Assembly (NCBI RefSeq): GCF_006345805.1
Contig: NC_043004.1
Location: forward strand, 80,848,001-80,912,000
Direction: 5' to 3'
Source of the DNA: Octopus sinensis
Lineage: Eukaryota
Length of the DNA stretch: 64,000 nt
Every line of letters begins with the position of its first letter. Position 1 is the stretch's first letter. The position numbers and the translations under genes were made by a program. Shown here piece by piece: positions 62,618 through 64,000 of this stretch. The notes beneath the pieces were generated by a model. That model was given only the letters and a program-made list of their open reading frames with translations, did no database searches and was not told where the DNA came from.

Positions 62618-63008
62618 TCTTTTACTTGTTTCAGTCATTTCACTGCGGCCATGCTGGAGCACCGCCTTTAGTTGAGCAAATCGACTCCAGGACTTAATCT
62701 TTGTAAGCTTAGTACTTATTCTATCGGTCATTTTTGTCGAACCGCTAATTTACGGGAACGTAAGCACACCAGCATCGGTTGTCAAGCGATGTTGGGGTGG
62801 GGGGCAAATAGAGACACACATATATATACATATACATATATACGACGGGCTTCTTTCAGTTTCCGTCTACCAAATCTACTCACAAGGCTTTGGTCGGCCC
62901 GAGGCTATAGTAGAAGACATTCGCTCAAGGTGCGACGCAGTGGCACTGAACCCAGAACCATGTGGTTGGGAAGCAAGTTTCTTACCACACAGCCATTCCT
63001 GCGCCTAT
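62618..63008 (-). mobile_element. SINE family S1
   Basis: Reverse-complement match. Confidence 0.85.
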
Positions 63009-63294
63009 AACATTTTAATAACAAATCCTACCATTCCTATTGAGGAGGCCAAAAGTCATTAATGTGTTGAAGTATTGAATCAAAAGGATCGAACCCCTTT
63101 AATCCAATCTCTTGTCGTCACATAAACTCAATTTTTTAGTGGGGAGATAACCCAATTTTTTAATGGCAATTTTTTAAAGGGGTGCGATAACAAAAAATAC
63201 CGGTTTTTCTTTAGCTGTATGTATTGGTATGTATTGGAAGAACTAGTTAAGTTTCTTTCTCTAATATTTTACAGAATTCAACTTAGACAAGTTA

Positions 63295-63782
63295 ATGCAT
63301 AAGATCTGGTCATCAAATCTAAGTAGAGACTTCAAACTTGAAATCTTCAAAGCCACAGTCGAACCAATTCTATTATATGGCTCAGAAACCTGGACGCTAT
63401 CAAAGAAGCTTGAGAGGCGGTTGGATGGAACCTACACTCGCCTCCTTATGAGAGCTCAAAATCTCTCGTGGAAGCACCATCCAACTAAAATGCAAATATA
63501 TGGGAAACTACCACCTGTGTCATCTCTTGTGAAAGGTAGGAGAGTCCAGTTTGCTGGACATTGTTGCAGAGCTGAAAAAGAAGTAACTTCTACTCTTCTC
63601 CTCTGGAAGCCATCTACTCGCAATACCAGAGGGCGCACACTCTCCTACCCTGATGTAATCTCCAGGGATACAAGCATCCAGCAACAGGACCTCCGTAATG
63701 CCATGATGGACCGTGAAGTCTGGCGTAGCATGGTAAATTCCATTGTCTCGACCACGGTCGAACAATGATGATGATGATGATG
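63295..63782 (+). mobile_element. RTE-clade LINE 3' fragment (157-aa frame, (TGA)n tail)
   Basis: Homologous to 26878-27360; possible TAAT TSD at 63293-63296 and 63783-63786. Confidence 0.88.
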
Positions 63783-64000
63783 TAATAAACAAAATAGGAG
63801 AGTCGTGACTATTGAAAAGGTTGAAAGACGCAACGAAAATTTTAGGAAAATTAAAAATAAGAAAATAGTGGAAATTCTACCGGTGAGTGTGTTAAATAAT
63901 AAGGCACAAAAAGAAAATGACTCTCCCCAGACATAACAGAACAAAATAGGAATTTTGAAAAAAGTTTCCATCAAACTGGTTTTTAAACATTGAATGACTA

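Overview
AT-rich eukaryotic DNA packed with microsatellites, with one 100-N assembly gap (2280-2379). The SINE families and the density of (TA)n/(CA)n/(TATG)n/(GATA)n tracts fit an octopus (coleoid cephalopod) genome; that is inferred from pattern recognition, not from a search. I cannot support any host protein-coding gene, and most ORF-track entries are translations of microsatellites. The window is a stack of retroelements. These are RLE-type (R4/Dong-like) LINEs sitting in (TAA)n tracts, one with an uninterrupted 586-aa RT-CCHC-RLE frame; a 2.9-kb frameshifted CR1-type LINE; several RTE fragments; a Penelope-like GIY-YIG endonuclease frame with a downstream hammerhead ribozyme; and four tRNA-derived SINE families. 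A deleted mariner and a Helitron-like element are also present. The most unusual signals are: (1) a SINE subfamily whose four copies here all sit at the same GGTATTTC site inside the head of older copies of its own family, one with a visible 10-bp TSD; (2) about ten minimal hammerhead motifs, including one carried by a tRNA-headed (Pol III-type) element and a recurrent A6-to-U core variant; (3) an RT-less GIY-YIG mini-ORF bracketed by hammerheads; (4) a minisatellite in which most units carry overlapping STAT and Rel/NFAT5-type sites; (5) a near-perfect 126-bp-arm palindrome.
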